Source: a bacterium
GTDB lineage: Bacteria; Patescibacteriota; Minisyncoccia; UBA6257; 02-FULL-45-10c
Direction of reading: 5' to 3'
DNA: 64,000 nucleotides
NCBI GenBank assembly: GCA_030646915.1
Contig: JAUSKT010000014.1
Coordinates: forward strand, 30,409-94,408
Position 1 is the first letter of the stretch, and the number at the start of each line of letters is the position of its first letter. Under the pieces are notes generated by a model, which was not told the origin of the DNA, searched no databases, and was given only the letters and a program-made list of their open reading frames with translations. This document shows positions 36,640 to 45,396 of this stretch, in pieces. Position numbers and translations under genes: made by a program.

Positions 36640-37419
36640 ATGCGGGGATATTTAGAACAAAATCAATTTTATAAGAGACAGAGAAATTTTAGGATTAAAA
36701 TCTACTTATATTTTTTGGCGATTTTTTTAGTTTTAATTGGAATTTTTTATATTATATTTTTCTCACCAATTTTTAAAGTAAGGGGATTTAAGATTTCCGG
36801 CCAGAACCGGCTTTCCAATGATTCGGTTTTAAAAATTTTAGAGCCACTGGTTTTAAATAGCTGGTTACTGGATTTTTTGGGAAAAGAGAATCTTTTAACT
36901 TGGAGCAGGCAAGATTTGAATTTATCCGGCACTTCTGTATTGTCGGCTAAAATTCACAGGGATTGGATTCGGCAGGTAGTTTTAATTGATATTAAAGAGA
37001 GAATTCCATTGGGGATTTGGTGTGGCAAGACCGAAAGTTGCTATTGGTTGGATGAAGATGGAATTGCTTTTGAAGAGGCTCCGGAAACAGAAGGATCATT
37101 AATTTTAATTGTTTATGACAATAGCGCCAAATCTGCTGCTTTGGGGGAAAAAGTTGTTGAAGAAAGATTTTCTAAAAATCTCACGGATATTTTAAAGGCA
37201 ATTTCAAAGATGTCCATACCAGTTAAAAAAAGTACTTTTGATAAAACTTTACAAGAATTACATATAGCAACTTATGAGGGGCCGGATCTGTTTTTCAGTA
37301 TCCGTTTTAATCCAGAATTAAATCTTGCCTCTCTCCGTTCTTTAAAAGAAAAAGGAACCCTTGGGGGCATGCAATATATTGATTTAAGGATAGAAAATAA
37401 AATCTTCTACAAATTATAA
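36640..37419 (+). CDS. FtsQ-like cell division protein (POTRA domain)
   Basis: single N-terminal TM helix followed by FKVRGFKISGQNRLSNDSV POTRA-type start. Confidence 0.65.
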   Translation: MRGYLEQNQFYKRQRNFRIKIYLYFLAIFLVLIGIFYIIFFSPIFKVRGFKISGQNRLSNDSVLKILEPLVLNSWLLDFLGKENLLTWSRQDLNLSGTSVLSAKIHRDWIRQVVLIDIKERIPLGIWCGKTESCYWLDEDGIAFEEAPETEGSLILIVYDNSAKSAALGEKVVEERFSKNLTDILKAISKMSIPVKKSTFDKTLQELHIATYEGPDLFFSIRFNPELNLASLRSLKEKGTLGGMQYIDLRIENKIFYKL

Positions 37420-39240
37420 TTTGTATAAAAAGATAGAAGTCCCGGCTTTATCAGCTGGATTGTAAGGATTTTCAAGCCATAAATATTCATTGGCCGGATT
37501 TCGGTAAAAATCCGGAGCAGTTTTTGCAAGCGCTCCTTGAAGCGTATTTATGGAAATTGCCAGCCATTGAATTTTGTCGTCTTTTGGGCTGCCCTTAGCT
37601 GATTCCCAAGAAATAAATTGCTTTCCAAGATAATATTCCGGATCGCCTCCGCCAAAATAATCAACAGCTATTTTTTCATCAGGGTTCAGGTTTATTTGCG
37701 CCCAAGCCTTGAGCCTTTTAAGGTCCTGCCCCCAATCAAAATTTGAATCAGTTATATATTGGTAGCCGCCAGTTTTGCCGCCCGCCAGCTGATTAAAATA
37801 GGATAAAAAGTAAGGGGCAGTCAGGAAGGCATCTATAATTATTAAGATTATAGCCAGGCTTAGTATAAAAGTTTTTAACCAGAAATTAAAAATTCCATGG
37901 AAAAAATTAGCAGTTTGCTCCCCAAAATTAGTAGTAATAGCCAGCGGTTGGATTGCCAGCCATTTTTTAATGCTACCGGCAGAGAGGATATAAATTAGCG
38001 GCAGGGTTGGCAGAAGATGCCTTATCCCGATATTTAAAGGGCTAGTTACGCTTGCAAGCCAATAAATTAAAATAAAAATCATCAAAGAAAACTCGGTAAA
38101 ATGAATAGTTAAATATTCAATAAATTTTTGGTAAGTTATTTTTGAGCCGTATGTTAAAACCGCAATTATCCTCCAAGTGCCGGCAACCCCGCCTAGGAAA
38201 ATTAAAAATAAGGTCGGCAAACCCTCTTTCATTAAGTAGCCAAGTGGAAAATAATACCACCAGCCATGTGAAGAAAGTTCCCCGAGAAAAAAGGCATTAT
38301 TTCCTCCAGCAGATCTTTGCATAACCATTAATATTCCAAGCAGATATTGCGCGAACGGGCGCGAAATTGGAGTCTTGGACATTTGAATATTCAAGTCTGC
38401 AAGCGGCCGAGAATTAAAATTTTGCAATATAAATTCCGTATCAGTAAGCTGTTTGGAAGCTGGATAATGCAATGTAGCAATAAAATATAGCGGATAGACT
38501 ACGGTTATATATCCAATGATTATTATCAATAGGGTATTTAAGAGATATTTATAAAAAGGGACGCCATCTTTTAATAAAAAATAAATAAAAGCTATTAATA
38601 AGAAATAAGGAATTAATAAGACTGCGGAAAATTTGATGGCTTGGGCTAATCCAAAAGCAATTGATGCATAAATAAGATTTTGCCTATTTGGCACTTGCAG
38701 ATATTTTATAAAATAATAAATTGCTATTAAAACTCCGAGAGTTTCGCCAACATCAGTGGTGACATAATGGCCGTGAGCCAATGTCAGCGGCGAAAAAGCG
38801 AACAAAAATGCCGGAAGCAAGGCCCACCATCGGCCGATTAATTTTTTTGACCAAAAATAGATAAAAAATATTGCAAGCAGGGTAATTAGAATCGGACCGA
38901 GCCTTGCCAAAAAAATTATTTTATCGGCATCGTTTCCCTGTTTATATAGAAAATCATTGCCGGCCCACCATTGCTCATTTATGCCTGCCCAATATTCTTT
39001 GTTGGTGTCAAAATTGAGATTTTGGAACAAAAGTGGAAATCCGGCTAGCATTTTTATTAGCGGCGGATGTTCCGGATTAAAGCGGTAATCGAGGTTTTGC
39101 AAGTAATTATATCCAGCCACAATATGGGCAGTTTCATCAAAAATCGCCGAATCGCTTCCTGCTGCGCTGATCATGAAAATGGCAGACGCAGCAATCATTA
39201 AAAAAACAATTAAATTAGGCAAAGAATACAATTTTTGCAT
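37414..39240 (-). CDS. GT-C (GT39/ArnT-like) dolichyl/polyprenyl-phosphate-mannose protein mannosyltransferase
   Basis: 608 aa; DETAHIVAGY, PPLIKMLAG loop motifs, >10 TM helices, soluble C-terminal domain. Confidence 0.75.
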   Translation of the reverse strand: MQKLYSLPNLIVFLMIAASAIFMISAAGSDSAIFDETAHIVAGYNYLQNLDYRFNPEHPPLIKMLAGFPLLFQNLNFDTNKEYWAGINEQWWAGNDFLYKQGNDADKIIFLARLGPILITLLAIFFIYFWSKKLIGRWWALLPAFLFAFSPLTLAHGHYVTTDVGETLGVLIAIYYFIKYLQVPNRQNLIYASIAFGLAQAIKFSAVLLIPYFLLIAFIYFLLKDGVPFYKYLLNTLLIIIIGYITVVYPLYFIATLHYPASKQLTDTEFILQNFNSRPLADLNIQMSKTPISRPFAQYLLGILMVMQRSAGGNNAFFLGELSSHGWWYYFPLGYLMKEGLPTLFLIFLGGVAGTWRIIAVLTYGSKITYQKFIEYLTIHFTEFSLMIFILIYWLASVTSPLNIGIRHLLPTLPLIYILSAGSIKKWLAIQPLAITTNFGEQTANFFHGIFNFWLKTFILSLAIILIIIDAFLTAPYFLSYFNQLAGGKTGGYQYITDSNFDWGQDLKRLKAWAQINLNPDEKIAVDYFGGGDPEYYLGKQFISWESAKGSPKDDKIQWLAISINTLQGALAKTAPDFYRNPANEYLWLENPYNPADKAGTSIFLYKL

Positions 39241-39272
39241 ATACTAATTATTATAAACCAATAAATAAATTA

Positions 39273-39623
39273 ATGTTATTTAAATTTCCTAAAGACGATA
39301 AGAATTTTTCCTGGACCAGCCATTCTAAGACTAAAATGCTCCAGTACCGGATTTCCGAGCAGAAGATAAAAACGGTTTTGAAAAATCCCAGCCGGAAAGA
39401 AGAAGGGGTTGCTCCAAAAACTGCCGCAGTAATGATGCGCCATGATACGCCTAAAAGAAAAGAAGAAATTTGGGCGATGTACCAGGAATTAAGTCAAAAG
39501 TTAAAAGGCGAAAGCAGAAAGTTAAGGGTTATTTCTGTTTGGCGGTATCCGGGGGTAAGCCCGATAGGCAAGGCAATTCCAATTCCACAAGATATATTAG
39601 ATGAATTGACAAATATGATATAG
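39273..39623 (+). CDS. hypothetical protein (possibly DUF4258-like)
   Basis: 116-aa ORF; weak resemblance only. Confidence 0.4.
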   Translation: MLFKFPKDDKNFSWTSHSKTKMLQYRISEQKIKTVLKNPSRKEEGVAPKTAAVMMRHDTPKRKEEIWAMYQELSQKLKGESRKLRVISVWRYPGVSPIGKAIPIPQDILDELTNMI

Positions 39624-39681
39624 TATGGTACTCTATATTTAGAATCAAGAGGAGTTAAATTTCGGTTTAAGGAGGAAGTTT

Positions 39682-39900
39682 ATGGATCCCGTGAAAGACG
39701 TCGTTAATGACCCCCTGGAGCTTTTCGTCCGGGGAGTCCAGGCCATTGCTGAGCTCACGAACTTGATTGTGAGGGTGGAGCGGAACGCAAAGCATCAGGA
39801 GGGCTACCACGAGATCGAGGTGCTTTCTGCCAGCGGCAAGTCGCTCAAGCAGTTCACCTTCATCGAAATGGAGGACGGGAATCTTCAGCTCATTCCCTAA
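39682..39900 (+). CDS. GC-rich 72-aa hypothetical protein in a self-contained cassette
   Basis: strong AAGGAGGA SD 6 nt upstream, G/C-ending codons unlike all neighbours, followed by a terminator; the antisense ORF 39667..39924 is considered a shadow. Confidence 0.55.
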   Translation: MDPVKDVVNDPLELFVRGVQAIAELTNLIVRVERNAKHQEGYHEIEVLSASGKSLKQFTFIEMEDGNLQLIP

Positions 39901-39918
39901 TCCGAGAGGATGCCATAC

Positions 39919-39946
39919 AAGCAACCCGCAAGGGTTGCTTTTTTTA
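39919..39946 (+). terminator. rho-independent terminator
   Basis: GCAACCC-GCAA-GGGTTGC plus T7. Confidence 0.85.
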
Positions 39947-39963
39947 TGTTAAATTCATAAATA

Positions 39964-40503
39964 ATGAAAATTTTGCCGAAAAAATATTTTGAATCCCCAA
40001 ATACGCCTAAACTTGCCCGAGATTTATTGGGCAAATTTTTAGTTAGAAAATATCGAGGAAAAGTAAAAGCCTATTTAATTACAGAAGTTGAAGCTTATGA
40101 TGGATTTAAGGATAAAGCTTCGCATGCCCATAGAGGCAAGACAGAAAGGAATAAAGTGATGTTCGGGCAGCCGGGGTATTGGTATGTTTATCTTACTTAC
40201 GGAATGCACTGGATGCTGAATATTGTGACGGGTCCAAAAGATTACCCGGCAGCTATTTTAATTAGGGGATTAGAAGGAATTTACGGACCAGCTAGAATCA
40301 CTAAAGCTTTAAAAATTGATAAGAAATTTAATGGAAAGTTGGCTGATAAAAAATCGGGTCTTTGGATAGAGAATCGTCAGCCCAACCCCGCATTTGCGGG
40401 ATGGCCAAGAATAAAAAAAGGGCCACGCATAGGAGTTGCTTATGCCGGCCCGATTTGGAGCAAGAAAAAATTAAGATTTTTCATAGAAAAAGCTGATTTA
40501 TAG
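39964..40503 (+). CDS. mpg: DNA-3-methyladenine glycosylase (AAG/MPG family)
   Basis: 179 aa; LARDLLGKFLV, ITEVEAYDG, ASHAHRGKTERN and YLTYGMHWMLN motifs. Confidence 0.9.
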   Translation: MKILPKKYFESPNTPKLARDLLGKFLVRKYRGKVKAYLITEVEAYDGFKDKASHAHRGKTERNKVMFGQPGYWYVYLTYGMHWMLNIVTGPKDYPAAILIRGLEGIYGPARITKALKIDKKFNGKLADKKSGLWIENRQPNPAFAGWPRIKKGPRIGVAYAGPIWSKKKLRFFIEKADL

Positions 40504-41022
40504 CCGAACCCTGCTTTTCTTTCTTGCCACATTTGAATTTGAATATCTTGGATTATTGGTAATTTCTTTTCTAATAGGCAGAAAATTAGGAAGTTGGACT
40601 TTTTGATTTCTGGATTTTAGTTCGATTTCTAAAATAACAAGGCTGGCGATTCTTTTTGGGGCTGTGAAAAAATCTAATTCAAATTCTTGGTTTTTCCAGA
40701 TAAAAACAATTCTCTTTTTCAAAATTGTTTCTCGTTTAGGATCCGATTTTTTTAAAAATTTGAGATACTTCTTTTTTGATATCCGCCACTCATTTTCTAA
40801 TTTTGCAATTAAGTTATCAGTGGGCAGTTTAATAGTTAAAGAATATCTTGAACGCTTGTCGATTTCCTGAGTTAGTCTGATCCGGCGAGTGCCTTTTTTC
40901 TTTTTGCCCCTCAAATATGTTTGGGTAATGTGAAGGATGCGATATTTTAAAGATTTAAGCAGATCTTTTTCAGAAAAACTTTTGCGCACCAAAAATCGCC
41001 TTTCAATTTCTAATTTTTCCAT
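40498..41022 (-). CDS. CYTH domain protein (triphosphate tunnel metalloenzyme)
   Basis: N-terminal LEIERRFLV (ExExK-type) signature; 174 aa. Confidence 0.75.
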   Translation of the reverse strand: MEKLEIERRFLVRKSFSEKDLLKSLKYRILHITQTYLRGKKKKGTRRIRLTQEIDKRSRYSLTIKLPTDNLIAKLENEWRISKKKYLKFLKKSDPKRETILKKRIVFIWKNQEFELDFFTAPKRIASLVILEIELKSRNQKVQLPNFLPIRKEITNNPRYSNSNVARKKSRVRL

Positions 41023-41241
41023 TTATTTCAAAGTTCAATTTAATACATGAAGTATAGTGATAAAAATCAAAAAATCAATACATGGGTTGAAAAAATCTTA
41101 TTTTTTGATAAAATTAATCGGATGAAGTTATCAATCGGCATGGAGCGAACACAACCAGACATATAAGAGGGGATGCTGGCGCTAAAGCGATTCCGTTCGT
41201 GTTGAAAATAAAAATTCCGGAAAGGGTATATCATTTATAGT

Positions 41242-41883
41242 ATGTTTGATGGTTATGTTATTTTTTTAGTCGTCCTTGCGATAGGAGTTTTTCTAATTGA
41301 AAGAAATACTCCCTATTTTAAAGGAAAAATTGGAGAAAGATTTGTTTCTAAGAAATTAAAGAGGTTGGATAAGAATTATTACAAAGTTCTTGATGATTTA
41401 TTACTTCCTTCTGATGGGAAGATAGTAGATACTGCTCAAATAGACCATATAGTTGTTTCTAACTATGGAATTTTTGTTATTGAAACAAAAGATTGGTATG
41501 GCCAAGTATATGGAAGCGTTGATAAAGAATTTTGGTCTGTGTATGTAAGGGGTTATCCAAAAAAACTCTATAATCCACTATTTCAAAATGAAACCCATAA
41601 AAGGGCAGTAGAAGCATTGATTAAGCCAGTTTATCCAAATATTCCGATTAAATCATTTGTTGCCCTACCTGATGCCATAAAAGAAATAAAGGTTTATGGA
41701 GCAGAGAATTCTGTAGGATATGCAGGGGAAATAATAAATAAGATTAAAACCTTTAATACGGAAGTCATTTCCGGTATTGATAGGGATAAAATTGTTGAGA
41801 TAATAAGAGGGGCTAATATTACTGGATGGAAGGCTCGTAGATTGCACAACAAAGAAGTTCAAGCAATAAAAAATCGGCATTAA
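41242..41883 (+). CDS. NERD domain protein with N-terminal TM helix
   Basis: GKIGERFVSKKLKRL...QIDHIVVSNYGIFVIETKDW matches the NERD nuclease-related domain pattern. Confidence 0.75.
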   Translation: MFDGYVIFLVVLAIGVFLIERNTPYFKGKIGERFVSKKLKRLDKNYYKVLDDLLLPSDGKIVDTAQIDHIVVSNYGIFVIETKDWYGQVYGSVDKEFWSVYVRGYPKKLYNPLFQNETHKRAVEALIKPVYPNIPIKSFVALPDAIKEIKVYGAENSVGYAGEIINKIKTFNTEVISGIDRDKIVEIIRGANITGWKARRLHNKEVQAIKNRH

Positions 41884-41928
41884 AGCCGAATTTTTATTCA
41901 TAAATTTATTTTCTATCATTTTTCCATA

Positions 41929-42387
41929 CTATTTTTCTAAATTAAATGCCACCTCCCAAAATTTGATTTTCGAAGATGGCATTAGTCCATATTCATTATC
42001 TTTATCTTCCCCAGTCTTTAAAACAAGTAAAAGCCAGTACAAAATATCAAGATAATATGCCATTACCTGCCATGATTCAAAAGTTCCGAGAATTATAAAC
42101 AAAATTTGGGCGAGCACAAAAAATCCGGATAAGCCAATATCATGAAGTCTTCTAATATGTAGAGAAAGAGCAATCGCAAAAAAGGGAATTAAAAGAACTA
42201 TAAGTCCGTAAGTCCATATAATTGTATACTTCTCAAATTGATCCTCCTCAATTGGCGCTAACCCAAAATATAAAAATCCTAACGCCAATAGCAATAAATA
42301 AGATAAAAAGAAAGTTTTTCTACTTATTCGTCCCCTAAATAGATTTAGTATTTTTTTCATAAATTTATTTTTAAAACGATAAAGCAA
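41929..42387 (-). CDS. DUF805 family membrane protein
   Basis: RGRISRKTFFLSYLL start and HIRRLHDIGLSGF motif. Confidence 0.75.
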   Translation of the reverse strand: MLYRFKNKFMKKILNLFRGRISRKTFFLSYLLLLALGFLYFGLAPIEEDQFEKYTIIWTYGLIVLLIPFFAIALSLHIRRLHDIGLSGFFVLAQILFIILGTFESWQVMAYYLDILYWLLLVLKTGEDKDNEYGLMPSSKIKFWEVAFNLEK

Positions 42388-42685
42388 TTCCTCCTAAAAA
42401 TCCTGTAGTTACACGATTAAAATTATTAGATGAATAAAAATCAGTATAATACGATAATAAGGCATCTAATAAAAGAGGGGATATAAATATTAACCGGTAT
42501 GAATAACTTAATTGCATATTATTTCTTAATAAGAAAATAAATAGTATTGCACCAATTATTAGACCGGTGCATCTCCAGCATAAAATAAAATAAAGGTCAC
42601 CAATGTGCGGAGCTCTCTCTTTGCGTTTATTACAAAGCGGAGTATTACCTAATAATAACCGGTATTTTTTAATAATTTTCTTCAT
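42371..42685 (-). CDS. DUF2085-like membrane protein (start revised)
   Basis: start moved to MKKIIKKY (42685), because the upstream part of track ORF 42371..42772 overlaps a better small ORF in another frame; CNKR...CWRCTG cysteine pattern. Confidence 0.55.
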   Translation of the reverse strand: MKKIIKKYRLLLGNTPLCNKRKERAPHIGDLYFILCWRCTGLIIGAILFIFLLRNNMQLSYSYRLIFISPLLLDALLSYYTDFYSSNNFNRVTTGFLGGIALSF

Positions 42686-42818
42686 AGTATTCATTACTAT
42701 TATCGTCCTCATATTTTTCTTCATCTTGATTATCGCCCTCATTACCGTGCCCATCATTACTATTGGCCGCAATACAACAACAAATTATTAATATGATAAC
42801 CCAAAGAGGAATAAACAT
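42669..42818 (-). CDS. small TM-CCC peptide with acidic tail (49 aa)
   Basis: hand-translated MFIPLWVIILIICCCIAANSNDGHGNEGDNQDEEKYEDDNSNEYYEENY; paralogous N-terminus to 42835..42894. Confidence 0.45.
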   Translation of the reverse strand: MFIPLWVIILIICCCIAANSNDGHGNEGDNQDEEKYEDDNSNEYYEENY

Positions 42819-42834
42819 ATTGATAAATATATTT

Positions 42835-42894
42835 CTAGTTTGATGCTAAACAGCAACAGACTACTAATATTATTATCCATAAAGGAATAAACAT
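42835..42894 (-). CDS. small TM-CCC peptide (19 aa)
   Basis: hand-translated MFIPLWIIILVVCCCLASN; the first ~55 nt closely resemble the paralog downstream. Confidence 0.35.
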   Translation of the reverse strand: MFIPLWIIILVVCCCLASN

Positions 42895-42913
42895 ATTTGA
42901 AAAATTTTATATA

Positions 42914-43291
42914 CTAAAACAACCAACTAAATAATTTTGTAACCCAACTCTTTTTTTCTACATTTATATCTGTTTTGCTGGTAGTTTTTATACTTTCCGT
43001 TTTCTTTAAAGTATTACTAGGCGTTTTATATTCTGGAGCGGGGGATACATAACCAGAGCCACCATCTACCCCTCTTGTGCTTTTAATTGGCTCAAGTGGT
43101 TGTGGCAATGTTTTTGCTCTATGGCAATGATATTCTCCATAACTTAAGCCCCAAGAAGAGCAATTAGTTCGACAAGTGTGGCAACCAGAGGAATCAGTTC
43201 TGCCCGGATGAGCAAAAGCGGAAAATGGCACTAACAAAGATAGCGCAAAGATTACCATTGTTATCCTAATAGTTATATTCTTTTTTACCAT
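42914..43291 (-). CDS. YHYH domain secreted protein
   Basis: signal peptide, then HPGRTDSSGCHTC...GEYHCH, matching the YHYH-domain pattern. Confidence 0.65.
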   Translation of the reverse strand: MVKKNITIRITMVIFALSLLVPFSAFAHPGRTDSSGCHTCRTNCSSWGLSYGEYHCHRAKTLPQPLEPIKSTRGVDGGSGYVSPAPEYKTPSNTLKKTESIKTTSKTDINVEKKSWVTKLFSWLF

Positions 43292-43521
43292 TTATAAGGA
43301 TTTGAGTAACCTTTTTTGCCGGTGTAGGGATTGTAATTTCCTTTTGTTGAATAATTATCTATCTTGGTTTTATTTGGGCTAGTACGATAAGATGGCATAA
43401 CATACCTTCCGCTACTTGGCTTGTAGTATCCTTTAACGCTTACAGCACGAGCCTCGACGACGTTTAAAAGTCCTACTCCCATCATCACTAATGTTAACGA
43501 TATTACTAATAATTTTTTCAT
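43285..43521 (-). CDS. small secreted Tyr/Pro/Lys-rich protein
   Basis: 78 aa with signal peptide; overlaps the downstream YHYH gene by 7 nt. Confidence 0.5.
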   Translation of the reverse strand: MKKLLVISLTLVMMGVGLLNVVEARAVSVKGYYKPSSGRYVMPSYRTSPNKTKIDNYSTKGNYNPYTGKKGYSNPYKW

Positions 43522-43598
43522 AAATAATTTAATTTAATTTTCTTAAATAGACCTTTTAATTTTTTATAAATTTATTTTTCTATCTTTAACTTTTTCTT

Positions 43599-45356
43599 TT
43601 ATTGACTAACACACTTATTATAATATTCTGTTTTTTTATTCTTAGCATTTGTTAGTGCGCTCTGTTTGTCGCTTTCTTTATCGCTTCTAGCTTTTGCTTT
43701 CAGGGCTTCATATCTTGCTATGTAAATATTTGCATTTGATTGAGCTGAAGAAATTTGTAATTGCTTCTGACTTTCATAGATTGCAATCTGACTATCATTT
43801 GAATGACGAGCTACCTCCACCATTCCAGACGAACTATCTTGTGCATACCGAGCGGAACCAGAACGGATAAGAGAAGTTTGCACGCTTTGTGCGTATCTTT
43901 CCGCTGAGTCTCTTAGTTGAGAGATGAGACTGTCATATTGGCTGGAGATTCTGGAGGTATCATCATTCAAACTTCGTCTAATACTTTCAATTTGTTGGTC
44001 AATTTGTGAAAGCACTCTTTGAACATCTGAATCATTAGCATCAGATTGATTAATGCCCCTAACAAGATTGTTATAGTATTGTTCACTCTCAGCAAGACAA
44101 GTGCTCCGTTTTACAGTTTCTTGTTTTACCTGTTTTTCTTTTTGTGATTCAACCTCTATATTCCGTCCCGCCATAAGATCGGAAATAAGATTTTTTGCAA
44201 TATTTATCGGAATAGCAAGTTTAATAGTTTCTCCAAGAATCACTCCCTCAATCTGCTTACTACTATAAATTGCAGTATTAATACCCACCACCTGACCATA
44301 ACGATTTACTAGCGGCCCGCCACTATTTCCGGGATGTAGTTCTGCAGAGGTTTCAAAATAAACTCCACTGCCATCAATTAAACGTCTTGAAATGGTTCCT
44401 TCTTTGAAACTAACATCTCCTTCGATTCCGAATGGAAATCCAAACGCAAATACCTCATCTCCCTGTTCAATTGCATCAGAATCTCCTAACTCTGCAAATT
44501 TAAAATTAGAATCACCATTATTTATTTTTAATACAGCTAAATCAATATTTTCATCTCTCCCCGTAACAGAAGCAGAAAATGTTCTTCCGTCCGATAATTT
44601 AATTACTGCGGCTGAAACTCTAGCTACGACGTGAGCATTAGTTAAAATAGTTCCGTCTACGCTTAAAATCATTCCGCTTCCGGAACCATTTTTTGTTTCT
44701 ATATAAACCGTTGCCGGTTTAAGATTAGTAATAATCTCCTTATTGGTTAATTTTTTAGAAGTTTTATTAATAGCCGCAACCGCTTTTTGAAGAGATTGTT
44801 TATTTTCAGATTGTGAGTGTTTTAATTCAGCTATTTCCTGTTTAAGTTCTGTGATTTCCTTATTTAATTCAGAAATCTGTTCTTGTGCTTTTTCTTGGCC
44901 TCTTTTACTAACCTCAATTGCTAATACAATTGCTTCTTTTGCTTCTTCAGGGACTTTAGCCAAAACAGCAGATAAAATTTCTTGCTGTTTTGGAGCATTA
45001 TCAGTAATTAAAGTTAATAATTCTTCCGCCTTCTTTTCATCCTTAATCTCTTTAGATTTTTCTGCTGCTAAAATAACTTTACTTTCATAGTTAGCAAGTG
45101 CTCCCTTAATCGCATCGGGATTTGTTTCCGCAACAACTTCTATTTCAGCCAAACGCTCATCGGCATACTCTAACGCTTTCTTAACTTTATTTTCAGGATT
45201 GAATGTAAAAAATAAAACAATTTTTTCAGAAGTTGTATCGAAGATATAAAAAAAGTTACCCGGCTTTAATCCCGGATCAGTTGCGGCAAAAGTGAGCGCT
45301 GGCGTAGTTAATATAGCGACTAATACAAAAGAAATTATAATTGATTGTAATTTCAT
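43599..45356 (-). CDS. secreted trypsin-like (S1C/HtrA-like) serine protease with coiled-coil N- and C-terminal regions, no PDZ
   Basis: TNAHVV (His), DLAVLKI (Asp), GNSGGPLVN (Ser); start moved to MKLQSIII (45356), because the first track ATG lies inside the -10 box. Confidence 0.8.
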   Translation of the reverse strand: MKLQSIIISFVLVAILTTPALTFAATDPGLKPGNFFYIFDTTSEKIVLFFTFNPENKVKKALEYADERLAEIEVVAETNPDAIKGALANYESKVILAAEKSKEIKDEKKAEELLTLITDNAPKQQEILSAVLAKVPEEAKEAIVLAIEVSKRGQEKAQEQISELNKEITELKQEIAELKHSQSENKQSLQKAVAAINKTSKKLTNKEIITNLKPATVYIETKNGSGSGMILSVDGTILTNAHVVARVSAAVIKLSDGRTFSASVTGRDENIDLAVLKINNGDSNFKFAELGDSDAIEQGDEVFAFGFPFGIEGDVSFKEGTISRRLIDGSGVYFETSAELHPGNSGGPLVNRYGQVVGINTAIYSSKQIEGVILGETIKLAIPINIAKNLISDLMAGRNIEVESQKEKQVKQETVKRSTCLAESEQYYNNLVRGINQSDANDSDVQRVLSQIDQQIESIRRSLNDDTSRISSQYDSLISQLRDSAERYAQSVQTSLIRSGSARYAQDSSSGMVEVARHSNDSQIAIYESQKQLQISSAQSNANIYIARYEALKAKARSDKESDKQSALTNAKNKKTEYYNKCVSQ

Positions 45357-45367
45357 AATTAGTTTAT

Positions 45368-45396
45368 AATATAGCATATTTTATAGGGTCTGTCAA
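45368..45396 (-). promoter_or_regulatory. sigma70-type promoter for the protease gene
   Basis: minus strand TTGACA (45396-45391), 17-nt spacer, TATATT (45373-45368). Confidence 0.65.

Noticed and set aside
39682-39692. The GC-rich mini-gene starts with ATGGATCCCGT, an 11-nt match to the start of element copies 2 and 5 (ATGGA + TCCCGT).
   Set aside because: The similarity stops after 11 nt. No matching right-end CTAACGGG or other element sequence is present, and the ATGGA part of copies 2 and 5 is target-derived. Treated as coincidence, though a half-site relic cannot be excluded.
39667-39924. Minus-strand 85-aa ORF covering the GC-rich cassette.
   Set aside because: It is the mirror ORF of the plus-strand gene, which has the SD and terminator in the correct orientation. 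Long antisense ORFs are expected in GC-rich segments.
41030-41241. The intergenic region after the CYTH gene could hold a tRNA or att-site remnant.
   Set aside because: No acceptor or T-arm pattern (GGTTCGAATCC-like) was found, and no convincing similarity to the recombinase-proximal junction. Nothing supportable.
42603-42791. Plus-strand 62-aa hydrophobic ORF, and the long N-terminal extension of track ORF 42371..42772.
   Set aside because: Both are by-products of the A/T-rich acidic-tail coding region of the minus-strand 49-aa CCC peptide. The DUF2085 gene is better started at 42685.
45357-45377. The track start (MLYYKLIM) for the protease gene.
   Set aside because: That ATG lies within the predicted -10 hexamer. 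The downstream ATG gives a canonical signal peptide (MKLQSIIISFVLVAIL...).
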